From: Torpedo marmorata
Lineage: Eukaryota
Reading direction: 5' to 3'
Length of the DNA: 64,000 bases
Assembly (NCBI GenBank): GCA_977017645.1
Contig: OZ360220.1
Location: 290,346,001-290,410,000, forward strand
In this document: positions 36,521 through 51,107 of the stretch, piece after piece
Layout: every line of letters starts with the position of its first letter
Position numbering within the stretch: position 1 is the first letter of the stretch
The notes under the pieces: generated by a model
Database searches by the model: none
Told to the model about the DNA's origin: nothing
Seen by the model: the letters and a program-made list of their open reading frames with translations, nothing else
Program-made: the position numbers and the translations under genes

Positions 36521-38485
36521 TCTCGCGCTAATTCATCATCATTAGGAAAATACAATATATGCCCACATACATGAACAATAAACACGTGTGCCCTTTAATT
36601 CCTGTACTGCCAAGATATAATCTAGAAATGCTCTAGTTCCACAGGATGAAAGGTTTTCTTTAGCTACTGAAGACTGTTACTCGTTCGACCCATATGCATA
36701 TGGTAGGTTGAAATGGCTCGGACTTCCAGCTGCCATCACCTCGACAGCACTAAGTCCAGCTACTCACACAGCACCAGAATAAGTACTTCAAGCACTCCAG
36801 CTTATTAATCCTCTGAGGGCTCAAGGACTTTTCAAGCTTCTGTGAAGAAAATGTGGTTTGTATCGTCTGTCTGTTAATAAAAGAATGTGATGAAGACAAA
36901 GCACAGAGCACACAAAAGGTGAGTAGTTTTGGATTGAAAAGGAACATTTGGAGCTTTGGCCTTACTAGATGTGGGGCAAAGAAAAGCCCCACAAAAAAAT
37001 AAAATCCTATTGCTCTTGTGACCCAGTTAGAGATCTTCATGGATATTAAGCAGCCGCTTACATGAATAAAATCTCCAGCTGCTACCATTTATGAACTTGA
37101 GTGGACAAAGGGGAAAAATGAAGGCTAAAGGGGTAGGTTATTCAAATAGACTTTACTGACAGCAAGTCAACAGCTAAGTCCCCAGTAACCAGCTCAGTCT
37201 TTCCTGCCTTTCCCATGGTATTTTCCACCCAAAAAAAAAGCAAACTAATTCCTTCTTTCATTGTTTCTCAAGCCTCGTCAGCACATGATTGAACAGGGAG
37301 GGGGCAGCCTAATACCCGAGGTAAACCTGAGAATGTGTTGACATATTACAAAAACAAGAACTAGCTTTTCTCTGAAGTCTAATCCATTTTTCCCACCCCC
37401 CCACCCCCCTCCGCACACATAAACTGGCCTCCTTCCCTCTCTTCAAAACTGCTGATGTGGAGGCCTTGGGACAGTTTGAGGTCCCGCTTAAGATCCATTC
37501 ATCTCATTAGTTTTAAGCCGATTAATAAGAATGGCCAGTTTGCCCTCTGGATATTTAAGTGAAGAAGTTAGCTGAAAGATCTTAACGGAAGGGTTTTGTG
37601 CTCAGGACAATGATAAGGTGCCTTTCTAAATCCTTCATTGCTCTCCTTGGGATTTTGCAACCAAATGAATTGTAGTTTGTCAAATCGAGTTCTTTGTGCA
37701 ATCAATTTAATTTGTCATACATGGTAAAAAAGAAAGAAAAAAATCTTCGAATAAGAGGTAGCGATTCAATGCAATAGAAATTCACCCTCTGTTGTACACA
37801 TCGTGGAACTTTGCTTCTGCAATCTGATTCTGAAATGTGGAAATATTTAAGTCAGTGTTCAACATGCACATGTTATTTCAGAGTGCATTTTGCATGTACA
37901 ACAGCCGATAAAATTCTTCCTCCATAATATTTCTACTTTGAACAGTAATTATAGAGAATAAAACAATAACTTCCACGCCTACTTAAAATGAAACTCTGCT
38001 GATAATTTTCTTCCATGAGACATTTTTTTTAAATTTGGAAAGATTAGATGAAAATGATTCTAGGATTAAATGTGGGCAAGATACACCGCCTGTGTATCAC
38101 TGGAGATGCAGCACGCGCATTTTTAAAAAAAATCGGCTCAAGACGAGGGAGAGATGGGAAAATGGTGCCTAAACACAATATCTCAAATGATTTATATTGC
38201 GACATAAAACTATGGCCATGGAAAACCTGCAATAAGACTGCAGTTATAAACAGGGTCACAGAACTCTGCAATGTCTCTCCATTTTGTGAATGAACCTGTA
38301 AATCAGTGCAAAAAATGACAAAATTTCACCAATACAAAAGAATCTGCATTCGTACAGCTGGATATGAAGCTTTATTAAAAAGCATTTCTGCACTAAAAAT
38401 TGTAATTCTATGATATTTTCAACAACACAACTAATGTTTAACATCTCTCGCAATGCAGATTTACAGATTAAAAACTGGAGTGAAT

Positions 38486-39444
38486 CTAGACAGAGATGGG
38501 AACAAGATCTTAATGTTATAATTGATGTAAAAAGATGGTCGGATTTATGTCACGATAGTATGACCAACACTATTAATGTAAGATATAGATTAGTACAGTA
38601 TAATTTTTTACATCAACTATATCTTACACCACAAAAATTGAATAAGATAAAATCCACATTATCAAATAAGTGTTTTAGATGTGGTGAAGAGGAGGGAACT
38701 TTTTTTACATTCAACATGGTTATGCTCTAAGGTAAAACATTTTTGGATGGAGTTAGGGAATCTGTTAAAACAAATTACAGGTGTCACATTTCCACAGAAC
38801 CCTGATTTATATTTATTAGAGAATGTGGAAGGAACTAGACCAAAGTTGAAGTTATCAACATATCAACTGAAATTTGTAAAAATTGCTTTAGCAGTAGCAA
38901 GGAAGTGTATAGCACTAACTTGGAAATCAGATACTAATTTAGGCATGGATAGATGGAACATAGAGATGCGGAGTTGTATTCCATTGGAAAAATAACATAT
39001 AATATGAGAAATAAATATGGGGTCTTCTTGCAAATTTGGCGTCCATATATCCAATCATTAGGTATGAATATTTAAATGTGTTGCTCTACATCCTAGACCC
39101 TGTTGACTCTCTCAAATTTAAATAATAAAAATATTGTTGAATACCATGCGTCGAGCTGTGGACCCAGCAGCGATCCGTACAGATGTTTTTAATAAGTAAT
39201 ACTAATGCCTTATTTTCTGTTTTCTTTTTAGTTTTTAGTAAGGGGAGGGAATTAAAGGGAGGGAAGGGTGGAGGGTGGGGTAGAAATATAAGGGGTTGGG
39301 GGGGGGTTAAGGGAGATGTTAGATACACTATGTAATACAAATTGGTTTTTTATTTACTGGAATTAATAATGCATACTATATACATTGTATTACTGTGTGA
39401 AAAATTAAAAAATTTAAAATAAAATATTCCAAAAAAAAACAAAA
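38486..39444 (+). mobile_element. 5'-truncated L1-clade LINE (ORF2 3' end, 3' UTR and poly-A)
   Basis: SRQRWEQDL...CFRCGEEEG...IPLEK. Perfect 16-bp TSD AAAAACTGGAGTGAAT at 38470-38485 and 39445-39460, at a TT/AAAA site. Confidence 0.93.
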
Positions 39445-40750
39445 AAAAACTGGAGTGAATAATTCAGAATGCTATATATAATTTTAAAGTAGTCTTGGCT
39501 CTATCTAATTTGCACTATGGGGAGGTTGAGATTTTTAAAATCATCTTTCTCACTGTCATAGGACATTGAAGTTGAGGTGGGGGCAAGGGTTTTGTTCCAA
39601 AACATGCATTGCTCCACCAAATAAATCTTTTGTTTTTCAAACTGAAGTAAACTGACTAAATGGAACACTTTTGGCACCATTGCTATTTTAAAGCCATTTA
39701 CATACACAGACCAAGTAAAGGTTGTGCCATGGGTTTCAATTTGCAGCTCAGTTTATATGGCCATCAAAAATAACCCATTTTTATTGAAATACATTGTTTC
39801 TTTAACAATCAAATCTCAATCATCAAACATCAGCCTTACGCCCACATGTCAAATCGCATAGCATTCCCCTCTCCTGCACCCATCTCTTATATCCCTCAAT
39901 TGATTCCTGCCATATCGCAGGATGAGCCAAACAGAATACAAAACTTTTCCAAGATTTTACTTCTGTGAGCCAAGTACATGTCAACACAACCATTATGGAG
40001 GTGGATGGAGAACTGAATCCTACCAAATAGGCTCTACCCCAAGTGATTCCAATGATTTTGCTTCACGATCAGCTACAAACTGGAAACCAAGCCTGTGATT
40101 CTACCATGCTGTGCAGCTACCCAGTAAACGCACTGGGGAATTTAGACTGCAATCGCTTTCACAGCTGAATAACCAACTGTGCTGAATTACTTTCAGGAAA
40201 TATTAAGCTATCTCTGTATAAAAAAATCCAGATGTGTGCCAGCTATTGATGCCTGCTTGAGAATTTCCCAACTCAGGAGGTAAAGCTTATATTTCAAACC
40301 AAGAATGGCGCAAATCCCTCTGCGACCATCACACTCATCCACTCATTGTGATTCAGCTGTAATTCACATCAAATGCAAGTTTGCAGCTGTAGCACGAGCG
40401 AGGCATTGGTTCTTATGAAATAAAATCTCAGATCAATCAGAATTAGATGTGATCCATATATTTCAAACATTTTAACTCCATACAATGTTAGCTCATGTTG
40501 CAACGTGTCACAGATAGGATCAAACTGAACCTGTTCACACTTGGCCTTTACAACTGGCAATTAAACTATTAGCTCAATATTTGCAAATACATGAAATGAA
40601 GAGCGAACTGACACCATGGATTCAGTATTTGGTGAACAGTGGTCATAACATACTCTTCTACAAGTAAATAAATAGTCTTAAGCTGCATTGTTAAAAACAT
40701 TCCTTTCGATTAACAAAAAAATTCCCTTTTGCTTTTAAAATAGAGAAAAC

Positions 40751-40945
40751 AGGGTGGCACTCTTATTACAGCGCCAGCGACCCTAGTTCGAATCTGCCGC
40801 TGTCTGTAAGGAGTTTGGGTTTCCTCCAGGTGCTCCTGTTTCCTCCCACCCTTCAAAACGTATGGGGTTGTAGGTCAATTGGGATATTTGGGTGGCATGG
40901 GCTCGTGGGCCGGAAGGGCCTGTTACCATGCTGTATGTCAATATT
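40751..40945 (+). mobile_element. Internally deleted V-SINE
   Basis: TTACAGCGCCAGCGACC...GTTCGAATC...CTGTCTGTAAGGAGTTTG...GGGCCTGTTACCATGCTGTATGTC. Confidence 0.8.
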
Positions 40946-42487
40946 TTAAAACAGAAAATACTGAGGCCCATAATGTAAAACAGCCACCAAAAGCAGTCAG
41001 AAGAAGGGATGAATCAGAAAGCCGGGTACTGAGATTATGCATTGACAAGTTTAGGTTTTAAAGGACTCGATGGAAGAGAGGATTATTGAATAAAAAAGCA
41101 TGACGGTTTCAACATCCAAAACAAGAATAGGTTTTTGCAAGGAACTATGTAATTAATTTTGAATCCTGACTATGTAGGCAAGAAAAAATGCACGCAGGAC
41201 AACGTTCTTGTAGCTTTAGTGGAATATAAAAAATAAATTTCACATGAGCTCTGAGTATTGCAATATTGGCAATGAAAGTAAATGATGGTTTTTATTATGC
41301 TCAATGAAGTATCGCTAAAAATACTTCATTTCTAGAGATTGTTTGTATTGGAAGTAAATCACAAGTCAGAAAATCACAGAAAGCAAGTTAAGCAAGGCAA
41401 GTTTAATGATGCTTAAGCAAATATTTATAAACAAAGTAATTACTGCCCAGCAAACAATCTAAATGTTAGTCAACATACCAGCACAAATTCAGTATCGGAC
41501 AGCCACATATCAATAACATTTTGAATAACTGAGGTTAATACCTCAACAAGGAGGAATTCTACAGTTACAGTACCACAACAGTCATTGGCACAAAACCAAA
41601 TAAATGAGCACAAGATGAAGAGGATCTGTTTATCATCCTGCAACAAAAACAGCATTCTGCCTCCATGCTTTCATGATGTTCAAAATATACGGTAATTGTT
41701 ATTGTTATCACTTAGCCTCGCATGATGGCATTAATACTGGCTGACCTGATGCTGCTGCTTTAAGCTACCTGCACACAAACTCCAAGCAGAAAATCAGATT
41801 TTCAAAGACAGACAAAACACTCATCTAAATGGCCTTTTCTTCCTCTACCTTATTTTATTTTTTTTGGTAACAAGACATTAATTTTGAAATTGAGATGCCA
41901 AAAGATCAAGACCCACAGTGCAAAAATAAACGTTTAGCACTTTGTAATCGTCATCATGGCATATCAATGTGCAATTCTGTATGGATCATCTTCACATGAC
42001 ACCAACTTCAGGATAACGCTGACAATATTTTGGTGCACCTAAATTGAACCAACAATTTGCAGGAAACAAATTTTGTAGCTATTAAATAAATACATATCAG
42101 CAAGCTTATTCAAAGCTGAAAGACGACTAAAAACCTCTTAAATAACTTGCCACATGCTTGTTCCCATTCCCTTAAATTATCCAATAAATCTGCTTTGTAA
42201 ATGTGACTAACCAGCTCCAATCAAACAAGGCGCTTGTATTTTGTTACATCTTTTCAAATGCAGTATGTCTTCAAATATCTCTCAACTACAAATTCTTCTG
42301 AGATCTATCACATTCAGCTTCAACAGTACACAATTAACTGAAACAGCTTGTACTTGCAAGCCCACCAAACACTAATGTACTGCAACAATTTCCACAATAT
42401 TGGAAGGACATTATTGAATTGATATCATTACTTCTCCAATGCATCAACAACAGAATTGGCCGCTTACCTGAGCATCCAGACTGAATA

Positions 42488-43444
42488 CAGTACAACTCCG
42501 ATTATCCGAAATGGTCGGGACCGGACCTATTTCGGATGACTGAATTTTTCGGATAAATGGTCATTTTTTAAAAACAGCCCAGTAGCAACAGCAAATCACT
42601 TGTATCAATGTTTAAACAACAACAGACAACAAGGGAACGCTTTTTAAGCATTAAAATAATGTTTAATTCTCACCAAAAAAATGCTGGCCACCGCCGATCC
42701 CTGACACGTCCACAACGCCACCGCCGATCACCAAGATCTCCCAACCGCCGCCGCCGATCCCCGACACGTCCCCACCGCTGCCGCCGATCCCCGGGGAGGC
42801 TTCCCAGGCAGGTGGAACACTCACTGGCGAGTCGGCAGGCTCCTGTCTCCCCGTGGGCTCGTTCCGGCAGGGGCTGTTCCGGCTTCATGACCTGGTTCTC
42901 GATGTTGGAGCCCGACACAGACCCAGTCTTCGCCTGCGCACACCCCCCCTCCCAACCACCACCGCCGATCCCCAACACGTCCCCACTGAGGTCCTGCCCT
43001 GCCCGGGAGCTCGAGGTCCCCGCTCCTGCCCGGGAGCCAGAGGCCCTGCTCCTGCCCGGGAGGCCACTCTCCTTGATGACGCCAGGACAAGGGATTCTTC
43101 CGACCGCTTGCGGCTGGGAGACAGCAGCACGCAGTTTGAGAGGGAGAGTTGGAGAGAAAAGTCAATCGGGGAAGGTAAAGAAATGGAAAGAGAGAGGGGA
43201 TAGAGTTACCTGAATCGAGAACAATCGTTGTTCTAATTTCATGTCGGGTGAATTTTTTTTTCAACCTGTGAAGTCAGTTTGGCTCCTAAAAAATTTCGGA
43301 CAACTGAGGATTTCTGATTATTTCGGATATCCTCATTTATCCGAAATTTTTCGGAGGCGAACAGATGTCACTTACGGGTCCAAAAAAATTTCGGATAAAT
43401 GAGGATTTTGGATAATCCGATTTTGGATAATCAGAGTTGTACTG
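42488..43444. mobile_element. Tigger/pogo-like non-autonomous TIR element with GC-rich interior
   Basis: TA at 42486-42487 and 43445-43446. TIR CAGTACAACTC(C/T)GATTATCC(G/A)AAA, with many subterminal TTCGGATAA/TTATCCGAA repeats. Confidence 0.9.
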
Positions 43445-43614
43445 TACTTTATTTACACTTAAACCTGCCAAGCAGACCATTTCACAAGTCAGTCATAATA
43501 ATTTTCAATGTATCCAACCTAATTTAGGTGCAAATGCACACACAATATAATTCACATTTCTGAACAAAATGGGTAAAAGATGCATAATTAAGATGCATGG
43601 TGTTCTAAAGATCA

Positions 43615-43760
43615 AGTACAGAGTTTTACAGCCCCTTCCACCCAACTTGTCTACTCTGACCAAGTTGTCGACCTAACCTACTCCCATTTGCTCTGGCTGG
43701 AACTCATCCCCCTAAACCTTTCCTCTCCATGTACTTGTCTAAATGTCTTTCAAATGTTCT
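43615..43760 (-). mobile_element. Short CR1 3'-end fragment
   Basis: ACAGCCCCTTC...CCCATTTG...CCCCTAAACCTTTCCTCTCCATGTACTTGTCTAAATGTCTTT is a reverse CR1-type 3' end. Confidence 0.55.
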
Positions 43761-44349
43761 ATTTATGCCAATGAAAATCAATCTAAGATCATTTAAATTT
43801 AGCCAAATCTTTCTATCCAGGCTGAATATGCTATGTGCTTAAATCCTGACCAATAACAAAAAAGGGCAAATGTTAAGTGAGTCAATTAGCTCCCTCCATT
43901 TATAAATACCGTCTCTCCATGAGGGCGGCTTTGTGAAAGGTTCTTTAATTCAGCATATGTTCATGCCTTTGTAGGTTTTACTTTCCTTCAAATTAAGTAC
44001 TTACAAGTTCCAATGTGTTGCCTTTTTTAATTCCCACCCTCATCGCCTTGTTGCCCTGTATCCTTCTTATGCCAATTCTTAGCTTTTAACACACACATGC
44101 TCTGGTGTCAATTATGGAGCAGAGCCCCAAGGCAGAACAATAGCAGCTTTTAATTTGCTGATTCCTGCTTTCAGAGTGGTCAAAGCTCTGAGACAGTCAA
44201 TATTTGCCAGAGTTTGATGGTACCATTTTATAGCTCCCTCCAAGTGGAAAAGCAGCAGGGAGCTAAGCCAGTGCTTGGGCTACCAGAAATATCAGCAGAA
44301 CAAAAACAAAACATAACAGAATGTTAAAGAAAATACTGTCCCAGACGAC

Positions 44350-44565
44350 AAAAGACACAAAGACTGCAGATGCTGGAAAATAGATTTAAAAAAACAATCT
44401 GCTGGGGGGGGAGCTCCGTGGGTCGAGCAGCATCAGTGGGAGAAAAACAGTCGATGTTTCAGGTAAGAACACTACATCAAGATGCTAGTTGAAACGTCAA
44501 CCATTCTTTTTCTCCCACTGATACTGCTCCATCCACTGAGTTCATCTACCAGATTGTATTTTGCC
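44350..44565. repeat. Penelope-terminus-derived inverted remnant
   Basis: AGACTGCAGATGCTGGA head. CAGCATCAGTGGGAGAAAAA is inverted against TTTTTCTCCCACTGATACTG. Confidence 0.6.
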
Positions 44566-45334
44566 CCAAATATCAACATGCTGAGATACTGTCACGGTGC
44601 TCCCCAGAATAGAAAATCTATCTAAACAATCAAAAGAGCAATGGGAAAAAAAAAGTGTAGAAATACCACTAATTCCATTTGCTGACTTGTCAGAAACTGA
44701 TCATGCATATAACTCCTGCACCACAAACTAATTTTCTCCACTTTCTCTGACAAATCTGCTGGATTTTAATGACAGGTTATAAGAAATTAATGTATTATAC
44801 TGCATTGGCAAAAGGGAGACAAGTCTAGTATCAAAAGTCAAAACCATCTAATGAGTTTTATATTAATTCAATAATCGAAACCCATGCACTATTTAGAAAG
44901 AGAAACTGTTAATGCATTAATATATTGTTTACACAAATCTTCCTAAAAAATAACAAAAATCAAAATGTTCTCATGGATTAAAAAAAAGAAAGATGATGTC
45001 CTACAAATACAGACATATTGGCTTGTTTTTGCAGTGCTTTGTATCTTGAAATCAAGACCTGGACACAATTGCAACTATTTGCACCACAAATAATTTCATT
45101 CTTTAAATTAATTATTTCTCATGGAAATTCACCTTTTCACCAATGACACACATTCCACAACAATCACATGAAGGATGAAGTTATTCACACTGGAGCACCT
45201 GCCCAGGAAATTACGATAGGTCAAATTGGTCAAAGGTACATTGGACATTCTCGGAACAATGGTGCCTCGGTAGGGATCCTCCCATTGAAGCAGGGGGGCC
45301 AGACTGAGGAACCCAATTCAAGTAGGTTCCTTTA

Positions 45335-47917
45335 TTACCTCTGTATATGGATGTAGTAAATCAAATTACAGAAACCCATTCACTACCGGATACAATTTTA
45401 AATGCAATAATTACAGTATTACCAAAAAAAGATAGAGATGTATTGAAAACTGAATCATATAGACCTATCTCATTGTTAAATGTAGATTACAAGATAATGG
45501 CAAAACGTTTAGCAAATAGGATGGCTAATTATTTACCAGATTTAATTCATGTAGACCAAGCTGGTTTTATTAAGAATAGATATTCAAAAGATAATATAGC
45601 TGGATTAATTAGCTTAATTAATTTACAAAAAAAGAAAGAAGATTTACCATTAGTATTAACGTTAGATGCCGAAAAGGCTTTTGATAGACTAGAGTGGAAT
45701 TTTTTATTTAAGGTGTTGGAGAAATTTGGTTTTGGAATTACGTTTATTAATTGGATTAAAACTATATATAAAGAACCATCTGCTAAAGTGGTTACAAATG
45801 GACAGATTTCTTCAAGATTTCCTTTGACTTGATCTACTAGACAAGGATGTCCTTTGTCACCAGCGTTATTTATTTTGGCGATAGAACCTTTGGCAGAATT
45901 AGTTAGAAAAGATCCTAAAATAGTTGGTATTAAAGTTGGAACGGAAGAACATAAAATTAGTTTATTTGCAGATGATGTATTGATATATATGACAAAATCT
46001 ATTACATCTTTAGTACAACTGTCTGCGTTATTGAGAGAATATGGGGAAATATCTGGATATAAAATTAATTCTGATAAAAGTGAAATTATGGCATTATCAC
46101 AAGGGGATTATAGTAAATGTAAAGAAATTATACAATTTAAATGGGCAAAGGAAGGAATTAAATATTTGGGAATAAGGATTGACACAAAATTGGCTAATTT
46201 ATATAAATTAAATTATTTACCATTATTTGTGAAAATAAAAAAGGATTTAGAAAATTGGAAAGATTTACCTATAACTTTAATGGGAAGAGTAAATTGTATT
46301 AAAATGAATGTTTTTCCAAGAAATCAATATCTTTTTCAATCAATTCCTTATGAAATTCGTCAAAAAATTTTCAAAGATTTAAATTCAATTATTAGAAAAT
46401 TTTTATGGAAAGGAAAGTTAGCAAGAGTAGGTATGGAAAAATTAACTTGGAATTATGAAATGGGTGGTTTACAACTTCCTAATTTCCAAAATTATTATAA
46501 AGCAGCTCAATTAAAATTTGTTAATGAATTTTTTGATTCAACTAAATCTTCTGCTTGGATTAAAATAGAACTAAATAATATAGGAGAAGATTCCAAAGAA
46601 GAAGTTATTTATAAATGGGATTCTAAATTAATATCAACAAGAAAGAAAAATTCTCCTATTCTTAAACATTTGTTAGAAATATGGAATAAGACGGAGAAGG
46701 AAATAGGAGGAAAAGGATTGATTTCTTCAAGGATGCCTTTATATCAAAATGGACTTATTCCATTTACTATTAATAATCAATTATTTAGAATTTGGTTTCA
46801 AAAAGGAATTAAGAAAATAAATGATTGTTTTGAAGCTGGGAAATTTATTACTTTTCAAAGAATGAAAGATAAATTTAATATATTAGATAATACACTTTTT
46901 GCTTATTATCAAATTAGAGCTTTTTTGATTGAGAAATTAGGTTATGCTTTGACTTTACCAAGACAGAATGAATTAGAATTATTAGTTACTAAAGGAGATG
47001 TAAACAAATTTATTTCTCAAATGTATAAATTGTTTCAGAGGAAAATTCCTAAAGTAGGAATTCATAGATCAAGATTAAAATGGGAATTAGATTTGAACGT
47101 AACAATAGATGAAAATCATTGGAAAGAATTATGTAAATTAAGTATGACGAAGATTATTAATGTTAGATATAGATTAGTACAATACAATTTTTTTCATCAA
47201 TTATATTTAACACCTAAAAAATTAAAGAAATTTAACCCGACATTATCAGGTTTATGTTTCAGATGTAATAAAGAGGATGGTTCTTTTGTACATTCTACAT
47301 GGTTTTGTCCAAAAGTCTACGATTTTTGGTTCAAAGTTAAAAAAATTTTAGATAAAGTATTTAAGATTATATTCCCGATGGATCCTATGATATTTTTGTT
47401 TGGAGATATTAAAAAATTTAGTATTAAAATGAAATTAAATATGTATCAAATAGAATTTTTGCGAATTGCTTTAGCTGTTTCAAAGAAATGCATTGCTATT
47501 ACTTGGAAATCTGATGTTGATTTAGGGTTAGAAAGATGGCATGCAGAACTTCGTTCATGTATACCACTTGAAAAAATTACTTATAACTTACGGAATAAAT
47601 ATCATTTCTTTTTAAAAATATGGAGCCCTTATATGAAAGCTGTTGGATTAAGGATTTGAAGATCTCTGGACATTGGATCTACTGGCTACCTAACCTCCAT
47701 AATAGAATTAGTTTATAGATGTATTTATTAGATTGACATTCTCCTTACCTTATCTTTTTCTTCTCTATTTCTTTTTTTTTAAATATTTTATTAGATTAGT
47801 GAGGTTGAGAGGGTTGGGGAGGGGAGGGTGTAAATGTATCACAAGTATTTTTGATAATTTTATATTTTATTCTATGTATTTTGTGATTTAAAATTTTAAA
47901 TAAAATATTTTTTTAAA
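45335..47917 (+). mobile_element. 5'-truncated, young L1-clade LINE with RT domain through C-terminal zinc knuckle
   Basis: ORFs 45347-45832 and 45854-47659 are in the same frame, separated by one TGA. Motifs are YRPISLLNVDYKI, QAGF, LDAEKAFD, RQGCPLSP, LFADD and CFRC..H....C. Perfect 15-bp TSD AAGTAGGTTCCTTTA at 45320-45334 and 47918-47932. Confidence 0.96.
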
Positions 47918-50900
47918 AAGTAGGTTCCTTTAGTTTTCTTTAATTTGCCTACTCTCCTCGGTCTTCTGACTAACCCCCCACATCATTACCACCATGGCCC
48001 CGATTTCTGGGCAAGCAATAATCACAATGACAGGAGAATTTAGGCAGCAAAACTGATTTATTTACATGTATTTTGAATATTGTAAATTGATCAACATCGG
48101 GGAAAAATGTAAACCCATTTACGTTATTGTCAAATTCATAATCATAAAGACAGCCCATTTTCCATGCCCCCCATTTGAATCGTCATCAATTTCAAGTACT
48201 TGTAAATAACACAACTTTTAAGATCTAAGCTGAGCCAAATAGTCTCATTCATCTGTAAAGTTAATGTGAAGTGCTGTTACAGATGCATTACCACCAGTTT
48301 TAGAAACTGGATGCTGCTGCCTTTACAGTGATTGTCAATTGAAGAAGCCACAAGTTTATTCTGTGTAGTTAAACTAATCTCATGAAGACAAATCTATCTC
48401 ACTTTTACACACCTGAATGAGCATTTTGTTTTTACTTGCAATGCTCTCAATCTGTTTTGTGGAGGCTTTGTTGAATATGTACAGGCATGAAATGTACGAG
48501 AATTCTGTGCCTTCATTGCATGCAAGGACTTGTAAATTGGATCCCCTTTTTATGTATTTCTTCCCCAACTTTAGATTTTCTTTCCTTCTCTCATTTCTCC
48601 AAAAATGACACAACATATTGCTCTCTAATAGAATGCCTGTGTTGACCTTAGCCTACTTTTAAACCTTTACAATCTAATCTTGATCTGATTAGCTACAGTG
48701 ACAATTCCTTCTCTGATACTCTGTTTGGATAAATTTATGACCTCTTCAGTTATACTTGTACATACTACCAAGTTCCTTTCTTAAAATGAAACACATCAAA
48801 CAGAATAATCAATATTAAAAAATTTCACACTACAAGATGTCACCACCCTTCAGTTGACATTACAGCTTTCAAGAATCAATATGGAACGTTTTTTCACTGT
48901 TTTCATGGTCTGACAATTATAATTAAAAAACATTTGGCCAACATATCAATTTTCATTTTCTATAATAAACGGCAACTAGATTGAAAATGACAACAATATC
49001 TGCTCGTTTGAAATTGTCCATAACTCCCTGCATTTTTACTATTTCAGCAAGTCACATCTTTGACTACCTTAAACTATTAAGTAGCCACAAATAAATGCAA
49101 TTGGTCAATTGTGCAATACAACGTCTCCATTTTGAAAGCTATATTCTTAATGGAAAATGCATGACTCGCACTATAAACACATCGTCAACCAGTTACTAGT
49201 GTAAAATAATAAATAAAAACAAGATTGTTTTCTTAGATTTTATTGTTAAGCTTTATTATTTTACTCCAGTCATGATTTTACTCCAGTTGCAAGGTACAAC
49301 ATTAGTTTTAACACAGAAGCAATCTCAGTTACTGAAAAACGTAAAACTACAAGATATTGTATGCATTCTGATTAACACCCCAGAAATTAGTAACCAATGG
49401 GAGTGTCGACATGAAGAGCAGCAATCTTCCTTTCCGTCCTCACCAAGCCATTCTCTTGCACTTAATCAGTAATCATTTATTGGTTTAGAAGGGTATTAGA
49501 CTCACAAATACAAAGCATTAGCTAAACTGTTCACAACCTATCAAGAGCTCATTGCAGCTTGTGCAAAGAGGAACTGGCTCAGCTTTGCCCTGTACTCTGA
49601 AACTACACATGGATCTCCATTTTGAAACTTGTATATAGTTACCTCAGTCAGATCTGAGCACGTGTGCCCAAAGGTCATTCTGTGCAACTACTCTCAGACA
49701 TTGATACCAAAATGCAATAACTAAACGCAATTTTCTTTCACACAGATCACATACATTTAACAAAAAATTACAGACTAAAAATCTTAATTTTTCTGGTATA
49801 GTTACATGAATGTATTTTAAATATTTGTTCCACTGCAACTTAAATGAACAAAACTTTCATTTGTAACCCATTACAACCCTCTCCCTCACTGGTGACTCCA
49901 ACCCATTCATTTCTTTGTCCTTTCCTTGGGTGATCAGAAAGAAACACTCCAGACTCCTCTGGGGCTAGACCTGTGGAGATGTGGAACTAAACTGCTGAGA
50001 CTTTGCAATCACCAGTCTCCTTCACAACACACAGCAGCGTTATTGTTCTTCTCAGGGCTGTGCATGAGGAGGCACCTGTTTGCACAGAAAGAGGAAATGC
50101 ATTGTTCATTAGTTAAAGATTCTGAAGTTTCCTTAAATGAAAGATAGGATTTATGAACAAAAATTACTGTTTGTTTTAAGACTTTGGTGAATTAGTCAAG
50201 TAAAATTCACCTTTCAGACTGATGATTGCTTCCCGTTTTGCTGTCCAGTACTTTGAAATATCTTGCTTCTTGGGAGCAATATATATGGGTGCCAAACTAA
50301 ATCAAGAGTAATGCAATTGCCTGAGCTCAATGCAAAATAAACAAATTTGAAGGGTCAGGGAATTCCCAGACATTGCCCGAGGTTTTAATTAAGAGCAGGT
50401 AGTTTATTTCTGGGATCACTACTTTATCAATATGCAAAGTTGGTATTAGTTGCAATGCACACTTGTGAGCACGGCAGTTCCTGTGCTAATCAGAACTCCG
50501 AAGAACCATCACAGTAATTTTGAACAGAACACCATAAACAATAAATAAATAGGGGAGAAACGAATCTCAAGACTAGAGAGTAGTAGCGACAAGATGGAGC
50601 TGTGCAACAAATCTTTGCAGATGGAAAAGATTGAGGGATAGAGAACTTTCTCCCCAAAAGGCAATAACACTTCCTTTAGTGCAGATGTCATCATCATAAA
50701 CAGTCACTGGTAAAACATGTACTTTGTCATGTTTTTTCCCCCAAATGACAAGTTTAACAAAAGTAACAGCCCTGTGTGTAATTAGTTTTCATTGTTCCCC
50801 TGACAGTCGTTGCTCACAGCAGACCTTTGTCTTTTCTGTCTTAAATATTATGGAAAATTCTCTTTTGACAAGTATTTTAATTGCTACATAACCTAAAAGG

Positions 50901-51107
50901 AGTGCTGACAGGCCATCATGGGTGCCAAGGAAAGGTGGACTGCCACAGTGGATTAAAAAAAAATGAGGACTGGACAAGAAAGTCATTCCAGTTTTTCACC
51001 AAGTCACATTCAATGAAAGCATTTTGCTTTTGTGAAGTGCCTATAAAATTTCTTAAATGTAATTTCTGGAACAACAGGGATAAAACGAAATTAGGAGGTG
51101 GCAAGTA

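Noticed and set aside
42608-43264. RS/RP-rich ORFs as a protein or transposase
   Set aside because: They arise from short tandem GC repeats inside a TIR element, with no HTH or DDE motifs.
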